A DNA stretch of 64,000 nucleotides from Utricularia gibba. Its lineage: Eukaryota; Plantae; Magnoliophyta. The position numbers and the translations under genes are program-made. The notes below the pieces were generated by a model. The model had not been told where the DNA came from. It searched no databases and was given only the letters and a program-made list of their open reading frames with translations. The stretch covers positions 372,001 through 436,000 of the forward strand of contig NEEC01000008.1 of assembly GCA_002189035.1 (NCBI GenBank). Reading direction: 5' to 3'. The stretch's first letter is position 1. Every line of letters begins with the position of its first letter. This document shows positions 52,668 to 64,000 of the stretch, in pieces.

Positions 52668-54380
52668 TCACTCCTCCATGGCATCTCCGGTTTCAATCAC
52701 TTCCACCGATTCCCTCAAGGGGTGATCTTTGTGAACAACACCTCTGGGGAGAGGAAAAGAACGCACACTATCAGCATGTGTCGTATTTATGAAGGCCCCG
52801 ACTGACCAATAATGAATACTACTGACCAGTCTTCTTGGCAAACGAGTAACCCTTCTCATTCACGTAAGTACGAGGGTTGGGCAGCATATGATTCCTCAGG
52901 TACTCTTGCCTTCCCTGAAACGTATGTCAAGAAGCCCATCTCATTTGCAGGCTTTTTGTCGATCCATAAAAAAAGAAGCTGCACAAATACTAGGCCAAGG
53001 ACCCAGATCTGACCTTTGTGATGACACAGATGTCAACGTTGCTTCCACTTCCCAAGTCATTGAATATTCCAGAGCAGATTGCTTCAGCAACTAATTTGAT
53101 ACCTTCATCCTTCTGCAAGGGCTCCCACGCAAACAAATGAAAATAATGCTAGCAGTATGCGCTTAGACACAGGGTGAAGATAGCGAACTCACAGTCAGCC
53201 CTTCACGATATTTTGACTCAAAAACAGCCATTGCTGCAAGGGAGCCAGAACCCATTGTTGCAAATGGCAGTGTGTCGGTAGAGCCATGTGGATATATCTA
53301 TCATTGCAATTAACTATGATGATACCATGAAGATACATAATAGCTCAAATCTAACTGGGAAGCTAACTCACAGTGTGCAAATGAGGACCTGTGACATCGA
53401 CTCCACCAAGTACCAGAGCGGCGGACACGTAGCCTTGATAACTGAAACATCAACAAAGGCATCCTAGCTTGTTATCCAAATCCAGTAGAGTTTCTGGTTT
53501 TCATATGATAAACGAAGATTGTAATTTGGCTTCAGAACTTCATAAAGCTAATAGTACATGACGGCACCTAAAAAGATGAGACTTCAAAAGTGTTAAAGCA
53601 GTCACAACCCTGGACTCACGACCAGTATGAAAACGGTGCAGCTTCAGCTGGGAGCTAACCATGTCTACAAAAATCATTGCAGAATCAACAATTTAGTTAT
53701 GCGCCAATAAACAAGACACTAGGTCAGCAAAAATTAATGCAATCCCGTTATTCAAGGAATAAAACCTGTAACAGCTTCTGTATCAGCAGCAGTACCAGCT
53801 CCACAGCAATATATATTGGGAGCCATGTAGTGAATCTTTTCACAGTTCTTATCTGCAACAATGGGGCCTTCAGTGGCCCGTGTATCCGCTCCGAGTATCA
53901 CACCATCCTAAAAGGACATACACTCACCAATATAAAGATTTTACAACAAACTATTCAGAAGATATCCTGATCATCATATCTACAAGACACTTTACGCTCC
54001 ATCAAAAGAAAAATCCGCCGAGAAGGTAACGCCAGCGTATCAATCAAGTAAGGAGATCAGCACAAAACGTGCAATCCAAGACTATCACCAAAAAATAGTA
54101 AAGCCCACATAAAGGTAAAATTAATTCTTATGAATCAAATACAGATCTAAACCAATCTAAACGCCACCATCTACTGGATGAAAATCTCACGAACAATCTG
54201 AAAACAATGAAAAAAAAATTAAAGTAAAAAAAAGGGCAAAATGTACCTCGAAAATCAATCCGACAATTGTTGTTCCGGTTTTGAGAAATGAGGGCTGCTT
54301 CAAGCCCTTTTTTTCTAACATCGTGTTTCTCTTGCAGAGATCGAACGAGAAGCCACCTTGGGCGGCAGCGTATCGGCCAT
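52668..54380 (-). CDS. PBB1: 20S proteasome subunit beta type-7 (beta-2, PBB), multi-exon, apparent 1-bp frameshift at ~54356
   Basis: [32 protein letters not shown], with catalytic Thr after the propeptide; DGVILG-type exon, [13 protein letters not shown] and C-terminal [12 protein letters not shown]. Confidence 0.94.
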
Positions 54381-55021
54381 TTGCAAACCAAACTTGATTC
54401 TTAGCGAAACAAATTACGTGTGTAGAGAATACCAGAGAAAAAGAGACGAACTCGAACTCCCGAGGTAGCTTTTTCTTCTGGAAAACCGATCGATCACCTT
54501 GCGGGTGAAGAAAAGAGAAGTACGGGTTTAGGGCTTTTGTTTAGGATTGGCTTTCCCAATTACAGCCCATTGGGCCCTCAGTGAGCCTTCCATCCTGGTT
54601 CTCTTTTATTAATCATTTTTTGCGCATATAAAAACAACCTTCAAATTAATTAATTAAAAAACATTTTTTTGAGCTACTTCAATTTTTTTTATTCATAGCC
54701 TCATTATTGAATGGAGTGGGGCCCACTGGCCCGATGCCAACCATATGTTATTAAATACTACAGTTTCCACTTTTGTCAGCTTATTCCCATGTATATGAAT
54801 TTGTATAATGTCGAGGACCACATCCTTTCGAGAAGGGAAAAGCCGCCATTTCACTGATTGATTTGGGAAATAGTAGAGCTAATTCAAGGGATGGCATCAA
54901 CAATGGGTTGAAGGGTGACTGAACTCGTAGCTTCTATGGCTGGGAGGCATTCGGTGTTTTCAACAGTTGTTTTTCCAGGGTGTCTTCAAGTTTTTCAGGT
55001 GTGGGCAACACCAGGAATGCG

Positions 55022-58000
55022 CTAACGAGCAGCAGCAGCAGCAGCAGTTGTCTCTTCTGCTGTAACTGCTGGGAATTCGCAGGGTTGCCTGAAGATGTCG
55101 GGGATGCCATCCCAGTCACCCTTCTCCCTTGCTTCCCAGTATCCCCCGATGTAGCGGTAGCAGCCATCCTCGTCCTTCTGGAACCATCTCGGTTTCCAGC
55201 CTCTGTCTTGCAGCTTCCTTGCCTGCAAACCAGTGATTCTAAGGAATGCGCAGGGCAGGTGGAGAAATGATCCACTTTGAGCGCGGCGCCCCGCAAAAAC
55301 TACGCAAAGGAAATAGGCAGAAAATGTGTAGAAATGCAGTTAGAGCAACCTCACCTGTCTTTGCAGCTGTTCAAGCCTGAGCTTCTCTGCGTTTGACAGC
55401 TCGTACTCTCCGTTCTCCAAGTGTCTTTGGTCGGGTCTCAACCTGGAATCTGTTGGTGGGAGCTTCTCCCGTAGACCAGGTGTTAACTCGTTTAAAGATA
55501 TCGCAAACGGTGTTAAATTATATCTCGTTTTTGTAACTGACTTGTCCCTTTCCCACAGCAGCACAGCCTCTGTCATGGGATCATATCCTTTGGGTTTGCT
55601 GAGTGGATCTCCCAAGACATAATACATTGCTTCATCCCACTTTCCAAGCAGAAACGCTACCTTTTCTCCAGTCCTGTTGTCTTGCACAAATCCCTGAACC
55701 TGCGAGCAGCGGCGGACAACACCGGCGAGAGAAAAGAGAAGTGTAACAAGACCACCAGAGGAGGAGGAGGAACAACAGTGTAGGCATGAAAGCAACACAG
55801 CTGATACCTGATGTGGATTTCTATCTATGATGGATTGCTCCTTGAATTTGAGCTTGCAAGAATAGTTGCCACTTCCCTTTATGCGCATGGTGCCGTAATG
55901 ATCGCAGTACAGCTTACCAATTATAATGTTGTATATAGAAGTTGTGACCTTGCTCCATTGGAATGTTTCGCCATCTTCGAACTGAAGAGTGAGAATCCCA
56001 ACAGGATCAAGCTGGATGGATCGACCCCAGAACTTGCCCTTGAGGTTAGAATCTGCCCAAAACTTCCACCCTTTTCCCTCGCAATGGCATGCAACAATCA
56101 TGGGATGATGACTTACCTGAAAGCCGGTGGCATTATATATTAAACGCTTGATCACTGAGGAGAGAAATCAAAGCAGATGGCACAAGAATATCTCATACCT
56201 TCTCAGAGAAGAACCTTAAACCCTTGTCTGGGTAGTCAGCTTCAAAAGTTTCTCCAAGAAGGGGATTGAAAGGTTTGCATTGCCGACCCTCTGTTGATGC
56301 GTAGCCAGACACTGCAAACGCTGCTACATTTAGAATCCTCATCAAATCATTCCCCTGCAGAATCAAGGGGCTAATTTTTGTTTGAAACGTCGAAATGATA
56401 TATATTACTGAAAAAGAAAAAAAATCAAACCAGCAGATTTTGGATATGTAGAGTTAAATGAAACCTGTCTTCCTAATTCCAGAGCTCGGTCGACAAGAAA
56501 TGAGTACTCCAAGTCTTCAAAGCATTTTTGGAGGGATGACAGTGGCTCATTAAAGTAAACAGGAAGACAAACACCAGACAAGTCCTTCCCAATATTGTCC
56601 TTTATAATTGACCATAGCCCAACTGGCTTATCTTTATCCTTTGGCTCCGGCAAACTATCCCTGCGTTTGATATATGGGTATTCATTTTCTTTGTTCACTG
56701 TTCCAGTTCTTCTTAAATGTCCAGAAAATGAGCATTCTTTGTCACAAGGCCAGGGGTTGTAAGCAAAGGCTGGATTTTCTCTACTTCTATAGGAAGCACT
56801 TCTCAGAGACTCAGCTGAAAGATAGTCATTGGTGTCAAAAAAGATACAATCCTCCTCATCTGTTTCAGCATCCACTCCGCAGTGTCTTCTATTTTCAGCA
56901 TCCGAATCACTCGCACTGTAATCAGACAAGACTGAGTGGAAATCTGCAAGAACACTTGATAAATTACATTCTCTATGGATTTCATATATCAAAATGTACA
57001 TTTTTATTAGTGAAAACCAGGTGGAAATCAGTGCTTACCGCTGATCCTTTCATTCCCTTGGCCACAGCACGAATCTCTTCCCCTTGTTTCATCAACAACA
57101 GTTGCTTCCAACTCTAGCTTCTCGCTCTGCAGAAACAAACAGCCTGTGGACTCAATGATATAGGGAAACATGTCGACAAATAAAGGCTGGCAGATGTAAA
57201 CCCATAATCAACATATCCAGCTGCAATAGTTGTCTTCCGCATTTAGGAATGATAATTTCTATCTAAACTGCTGACAGTAGACAGCAAAAGTAATCGAACC
57301 TCCAATCTCCTCAGTGTATCAAGCAGCAAGATGTGCTTGAGTTGAAGATTTTTTAACTGTTTCTGCATCTCACCAAGTTCGCCACGCATGATGGACTCAC
57401 AATCCTTCACCACAGCGTCATCGATCCCCTCCTTCAATAACTGTGACCTTAACTTCTCAGTTGACACAACAAATTCTCCAAACGAAGGGGCCAAGTCATG
57501 GCTAGTCAACAATCTCGAGAAATTTTCCTTGGCAGTCAAAAGTGCTTCAACCCATGAAGTTCTATCCTCCTTTGACTGACAACGTAGGTGCAGGTTTCTC
57601 GTCCCTGTGAATATGGAGAGCCTCTTATCATCAGACTTGCTGGCCCGAACCGAAGATACCTGATAAAGAAGTCATTGAGCACTACCGGCGATTAGATTGT
57701 GAGCGATTAGGAAAAAACTGACCTTCAAGTGAATCTCGCCACACGGCTTCCATTGCGGGGCGGACCCAGCTACATCAAGATCATGGCCATTGGAGCTTCC
57801 GCTTCCTAAGCTGCCCTTTCGTATATACCTCCAGCTTTCTTCTCCGATCACCCTTACTCCCTTCTCTTTATGGGAACTGATGATGATTTTATTCGGACCG
57901 TGCACCTTGTAATAAGACAAAACCCCATCTTCCAAAACGAACCACCTTTCTCTCCAACCCTTTCCAAAATTCACCCACTTGTACAAAATCCCAGCTACAC

Positions 58001-58187
58001 CTGTCGCTTCATCGATCTCCCCCCCACATTTGTCACCAAAACTAACCGGTCTCTGATTCTCGTTACCCCTAACCCTCTCATAACAGCACTCGCCATCGAA
58101 CACAAGTTCCTGGCTTAGGGTTTGCGCCTTCAACACCGCCCGATCCTTGTCGATGGAGACCGGAGCAATGCAGCAGAGGGGATTCAT
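55022..58187 (-). CDS. ORP1D: Oxysterol-binding protein-related protein with PH domain (ORP1D-like), multi-exon
   Basis: [13 protein letters not shown]; PH domain [18 protein letters not shown]; [14 protein letters not shown]; signature KVSHHP-type motif; [11 protein letters not shown]; GWKPRWF. Confidence 0.93.
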
Positions 58188-59230
58188 AATACCTGGAGAA
58201 GAAACAACCCCGATCTAGATTTGGGGTGAAAAAGAAAGAAAAACGCCAGCTTGAGATCGAGATCAGAGGTAAAGGAAGGAGTGCGCAATTGGGTAGTCGG
58301 GAAAAGTGACATAAGAGAGGAGATGGGTCGAGGAGCAGTGAAAGAGACAAGAGGAGGAACGATAATGGCGTTCGGAGGGGGTGGTGGAAGTAGTAATGTC
58401 GTGGGTCTCTATTGCTCTCTCGGGCTGAGGCTGAGGAGTGAGGAAGAGGCAGAGGCAGCAGCAAGCAGCGAAGAAAGAGGAAAAGTAAAGGGAGTCCGTA
58501 CTGAGTACAATCGACAGCAGAAAGGAAGTGGAGCAGAGCAGATCCCAATCAATGAGAGGGTGTCAGCGAAAGGGTGAACAAATGGAGGAGCCATGTAAAT
58601 AAATGCATGGGGGGGGGGGGGTGGAGAGGAGAGGAGAAGAAGAAGAGCAACAAGGCTGAGGGAGGGAGAGCTACTCCTACTGCTTCACTTCACCCCAGTG
58701 TAATCATTGCTGGTGCGGGTACGGCTGACACCTCCCCGCTCCCCCGCTCTTCCACACCATGGCCACCCCACTCAATCATCAAATAACATGACGAAATTAC
58801 GTTTCTGCCCTTCCCAAGGAAATTACTTTTCTAACCGACGACGCAACACATTTCCTTTTCTTGGAAACAAATTAAACAGCCGCGGGTGGGTGGTCCCGCC
58901 TGATGCCTTCAATTTGCACTCAGGAAATGACATAAGTGGGTCTGCCGATGGGGGACATCCTCTCGCTTTCACTTCTCCAGATGTCAGGGGCATTTTGGAC
59001 AATTCACCTACTCCTACAATGGGCCCGGGGAGCGTTCGTACATGTCGACCATGTTCAAGGGGCCCGAGAAATGTAGGTGGATAATGTTGTATTTTCTCTT
59101 CTTTTTTTCCCAGAAAAAAAAAGATTCATTTTTAGGGAAGATTTTAGACTATAAAAAGGTAATGTAAGATTCCATTTTTGGCAATTCGCCCTCTTCACCG
59201 GTCTAAGCTGAAACCAAACGCACCTTCTTA

Positions 59231-61085
59231 TCATGAACGGTCGGGGAGGTAGCGCCAGAGCATGGCTCCGATCAAGTTATTCAGCGCGTGAGAGGCCATG
59301 GGAACAGCAACGCTGCCGGACCATGCTGTTGAATAGCCGTAGACGAGGCCAACAAAAGTTGCCCTGCGCAAAGGAAAGATACCCCGTTTGAAGCAGTGGA
59401 TGAAGAAGCCTGCCATGCATCGATCACTAGAGTACCATATTGCAAAGGAGTAGTTGCGCCCACTTCCAATGTGCAGCACACCGAACAAGGCAGCGACCAT
59501 GAAGATGCCTGTCCAGTTGGTGCCCAGAAGCGGCAACAGCGCTCCACGGAAGGCAAGTTCCTGATCACAGATATCACTGGTGAGAATGGAACGTATAATC
59601 TCTCTTCAGGTCTTCAACTTTGTACACAACTAAAGAGGGTGTGTTTCTATTAAATCTACTTTAGTTCTTCTCTTCACAGGCTTTCCCTTTTCACTAATGA
59701 ATACTCGGTGATGTGAGAAAAGAATTACCAACCGTGTGTAAAAGAAACAAATGAATCATCACTCGTGTATTTCCAGTGCAGGACACATACTCACCTCAGA
59801 GATTCCAGGCAAAAAAGCTACAATTAAATAATCCAGAGGTTCCAGTGAAGTCAGGACCTGGTGTTCAGCATGTAAAATCGATAGTGAACCATTGCTGTAA
59901 AGACCAAAAACGCTAACTCATTCAGAATTGGCATAAGAAGAGCAGATGTCATGAGACGAAGTGGATGAAAAAGTTTCACATCCAAAGAAATACCGTATCT
60001 GCATATCTACCTTATCATCTTTTCTTTTGTTGGCGACTATGGTGGTAATTAAGTTTATAATACAAACACTAGAAAAGTGGTTTTATCAAGAAATGTGCCA
60101 AAGATGGAGGGGAATACCTGCTCATTGGCAGCACTGCTAGACTTGGCGAAATCTGGCCATGTTTTCAGCAGCAATAGACGAGAGGATGTAACAAGAATAA
60201 CTGATCCAGCTACCAGCCCCAGATGCCATGGTTCAAAACCAACTGAGATTTTCAAAGATCGAGTGAAGCCTCAAGAAAAAAGAAATCTTCAATTTCATCA
60301 TCAACAGCTCTCATATTTACATGTTATATCTTCTGAACAAGTGATTACCGACCATCCTTGTAATGGTGCACCATGGCAAATCTACATATCCAGCAAGAAA
60401 AACATGCTTTTCCGTTACACAGGAGTTTCAAATAAAGAAGGTTGGCAATGGCAATGTATTTGAAATTCACGCGCACATATGCAATGGAATAAGCGTATGT
60501 TCTGAGAACTTTCAGGAATTCAAGGAACAAAATTTACCTGCCTGATTAGAATTCCTAACAAAGCTATTGTTCCGGAAGTAACCGTACACGCTTGAAGCAC
60601 AGCTTTTCTTGATGGAATGGTAACTGAACTCTTAGGATCCACATAACCATTAGAAAGTATCTCATCACCATTCTCAAATTCAACAACACTTCCGGGTGAA
60701 TCCTCAAGTAGATCATTTAGAGGCAAATTGGCGTTCTTTTTCCTAATTTTCACTTGTTTCCTCGACTTCTTGGTCTGGTTCTTGCATGCTAAGGCCTTCA
60801 CATAAATTCGATGTTCATTTCGGGGAGAAAACAGATGATGAGCGAGTGAGCAGCCAAGAAAATCAATAAAACTGAGAAAAAATTGAACACTTACCCACGT
60901 CAACTTGCGCGCGTTTTGCGATCTAGAGATGGCACCATCATGCCCTGGGTATCATTTTGCAAAACGTCTAGAAGAAAATGTCCAGAAATTCTACATACAA
61001 AGCAGATGAATGTTGAGAAAAAGATGAAGGCGATACATGATAGCCGCAGTGTACGCTGTAGATGTCCGAAGCTTAGCAAATCCAT
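59231..61085 (-). CDS. CPBP/Abi (CAAX protease self-immunity) intramembrane metalloprotease-like protein, multi-exon
   Basis: FLPGISE|ELAFRGALLP (EExxxR across an intron), FGVLH and HALNN motifs. The 5' end is uncertain: the first exons could not be joined in frame. Confidence 0.85.
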
Positions 61086-61473
61086 CTATCTGGATCCCAG
61101 CCCAAGAATGATGTGAACGAAGTTCCAACCTCTCGTATAGTCACGTAGATAGAGATGCTCAATGAAATGCCCGAAACAACATTACCAATGGTTGTTGAAT
61201 GGTGAAATAAAATTGGGCCACAGCAACTGAATTGACCTTTCTCAGAATGGGCCGATCGCCCAGACAGATTTTCGGGCTTGGGCTGAACTGTAACAACCAA
61301 ATTTACATTTTGTATTCCTTAGTACAGTACATCCGACAAGCCAACTTTATTGTGCGAGTCCCTGGGTATGCAGACAGTTGATTCCAGGGAATGAATTCCA
61401 AGAGGAAAAAGAAAGAAATATTCTACACGCATTTTACAAAAGCTAAACCAAATCGTATATGTATGTTCTTGCC

Positions 61474-64000
61474 TCAGAGTAGGGTGCCCAGTAACCAAAG
61501 ATGCACTGCGAGCATATAAGTAATGAGTCCCAGTCTCCCCCTGGGATGATTCATCAAAGCCCGACTTCCAGAGACCCTGTATTAGCAGATCAATCTAAGG
61601 TAGGCTAGAAAAGTGAGAGGAAAGGAAGAAGACAGGAGCAGCTTCATACCAGATTCCATCAATTCTATCTGCAACTACTCTTCCCTGTCTGGGAATCATG
61701 CCAGAGGTATTGAGGGATTTAAACACATGACCTGTAAAATAAGGTGGCGCATATCTGGTCAATGGACTCGATTTCTTGACCTCATCAGGATTTCATATCT
61801 CATTAAAAATAGGAATGTGGATGTGGGATGTGCATCTTGTTCAGATGAAGTTTCTTTGGCTGATGCATTATACCTTTGTCTTCATCAGAGTCCTTATCAT
61901 TTATCAGCGGTTGACCATCAGAATCAATATTGATAGCAAGGTGATCACTAGAGCCCTTCCTTAATGTACGTGCATGGGCGGCAGATGGGACGTGAGGGAT
62001 GCTAGTGACTTTGCCAGCAGCTCCCTGCAGTTTAAAAAAATCATTCATTTCTTCAATATGACAGTGAGCTAGTGAGCTTGCACTTGTATTCTTGCCAAGT
62101 ATGATCCAACACATTTCCGTTTCAATGACTGAGCATGTGAAGGAAGAAGAAGAAGAAGAAGAAGAATAAACGAGGAAGCTGGAGTACTAACCATTCCTTG
62201 CAATTCCGATATCTCAGACTGAGGAGGTAATGAAGCTACAGAGTTTTCCCTTTCATGCATTTTTTCTAAACCCCTCGCTGGGTTGGAGTTTTCATATGAT
62301 TTGGCCTTGTTTGACAAATCAGCCATATCCTTGGGGCACCAAGTTCTTCATTCTTTGATCGTAGTATCTCAGATTTGAGTGTAATAGCCATAACCAGTTG
62401 ATCAAGCATCGACAAAAGCTGTACTGAATCATGCATTTTCTTTTCATCCAGCAAGTCCGTTCCTCCTAACCTCTTAATCAGTCTTATTAGATCTGATTCA
62501 ATTTCCAATAGCTTGTTCATTTCTTCTGAGTCTGACATGTTTTCTGCTTTTCCCTTAACTTGTTTTCTCAGTGATACAATTTCTGGAATCTGTTGATCAA
62601 CCAATGACTTCAGCTCCTCGTTTTCTTTTAAAAGAAAGTTCACCTTGTGAAGATACTCATTGAAACTGTCTATAATGTAACACAGTTTCCGAAGATCTAT
62701 TGAGTCGTGAGCATCTCCACCCGAATTAGCAGACTCCATGGGGACTGTGATGCCATTCAATTTTTTAAAAATGGCATTCAACTGAGATTCTGGGAAGAGA
62801 GGGTCCATTTCTGCAAGAAAAAAAACGAAGCCAGCTGTTGCTAAGTACATTGTAATGAAAAATACCAGAGAGCAAGCATAAGAAGAGCATCAAACTCTTC
62901 ATCGAATTAGAATCCACATACCCTGAAATTTTGACAATGAAGCAGACAGGTCGGCTTCTCTCTTCCTCAGTTCATCCATTTTTTCTTTATAGTCATCTAT
63001 TTGAATAGAGTACAAGTTCTTTTGGGCCTCCAAATTATCCTCCAGTTTCCAGATCTGCTTTTTGTAAGATTCGCTTTCTTTGGAAGCTTTATCGAAATTA
63101 ATCTGCGTTACTTCCAATCTGTCCTGCAAATCTCCTGTCATCTCTGACATCTTATGGAATGAATCCTTTAACTGTTGGATGAGATCACAAATGTGTCTTG
63201 TCGCAATTAAAAGTTTCTCAGAGGCCTCGATATGGTTGGTGACAAGTGCTGTGGGAGTCTGCTGCTCGACTGTTTGGAAATCTACAGCCATATTACCTTC
63301 AAGCTTAATCAGTTCACTGATAGATCCCAATACAGGAAAACTATTACTCAACATTTCAGTGGCATCAGCGCAAGCGGAGGATAAAAATCTGTTATCACTC
63401 TCAATTGATGCAATAATTTCCTCTTGTTTTTGCTTATCAAGATCCAACTCCATAATATTTTGCTTGAGAACTTTTGTGTAATTTATTATACTTCTTATTC
63501 TATCTCTTGTAACATGCAATCTTCTCAACAGACTAACATATGATTCGTCGATGCAACCTGATAAATTGCCAAATTTATCAGCCAGCATCTTTCCTTTCTG
63601 ACACAATCTTTCATTTGCCTTCTCAATCTGAAGTGATAGGTCACCAACGTCAACCACATCAATTTCATTTTCAAAACTTTCCGAATTCCAAGAACTAACC
63701 GGGCTACTTGAATAACTAGTTGATACGGGATCCTACATATTGCAAAGAAGAGAAGCAGAGTTAATTAGACAAAACAAGAGATTCGCATAACCCAATGTAG
63801 ACTTCATTGCTCAAGTGATGTTATTTTTTTTGAATGAATAAGATATTTAACAAAAAAAAAATTACCTCCACATCAAAACGGATTTCTAAATCAGGCTCCA
63901 TTTCAGTAAAACAATCTCTGATATCTTTAAATAAAGAATCAATATTCTTCAAACTCTCGATGTGTCTTTCAGAGTAATGTGCAATCAAGGATGGAAGTGT
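61474..64000 (-). CDS. TNO1: TGN-localized SYP41-interacting protein 1-like coiled-coil, tail-anchored protein (3' part; continues beyond window)
   Basis: Long coiled-coil exons; LRKGSSDHLAINID..DEDKGHVFK; terminal VSGSRALMNHPRGRLGLITYMLAVHLWLLGTLL* transmembrane tail. Confidence 0.85.
62143..62166. repeat. (GAA)n microsatellite in a TNO1 intron
   Basis: Directly visible gaa tandem run. Confidence 0.85.

Noticed and set aside
58078-58786. ORFs of 70-156 aa upstream of ORP1D and the G-run at ~58608-58622
   Set aside because: Low-complexity GA/CT-rich 5' UTR/promoter sequence; no recognisable domain.
63080-63481. 133-aa plus-strand ORF
   Set aside because: Antisense shadow of the TNO1 coiled-coil exon.

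Overview
Eudicot plant nuclear DNA with two gene-dense blocks of short-intron genes separated by transposon debris. No rRNA, tRNA or CRISPR was recognised. Block 1 (3.5-20.8 kb) holds an intronless class III peroxidase, an EMB2004-like LRR gene, LSM12, ENT1, an NT-C2 domain gene and an RlmN-like radical SAM methyltransferase. About 21-36 kb is decayed TEs (two Copia lineages, a non-autonomous DNA element, Harbinger, MULE, LTR remnants). Block 2 (37-64 kb) holds GGAT, a DUF1645 gene, ARF1, proteasome beta-2 (PBB), ORP1D, a CAAX/CPBP protease and the 3' part of TNO1, with solo-LTR-like elements between them. The most unusual signal is local sequence shuffling among three unrelated neighbouring genes. 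A 163-bp peroxidase piece is fused to about 195 bp of EMB2004 intron/exon directly against the RlmN 3' end (18.3-18.7 kb). The same peroxidase/EMB2004 junction recurs inside the EMB2004 intron between 19-bp direct repeats (7.0 kb), and a decayed second copy of the RlmN 3' half sits at 12.5-13.4 kb. Four conserved genes each lack one base in a short homopolymer, which suggests assembly consensus errors. Family assignments are from recalled motifs, not database searches.
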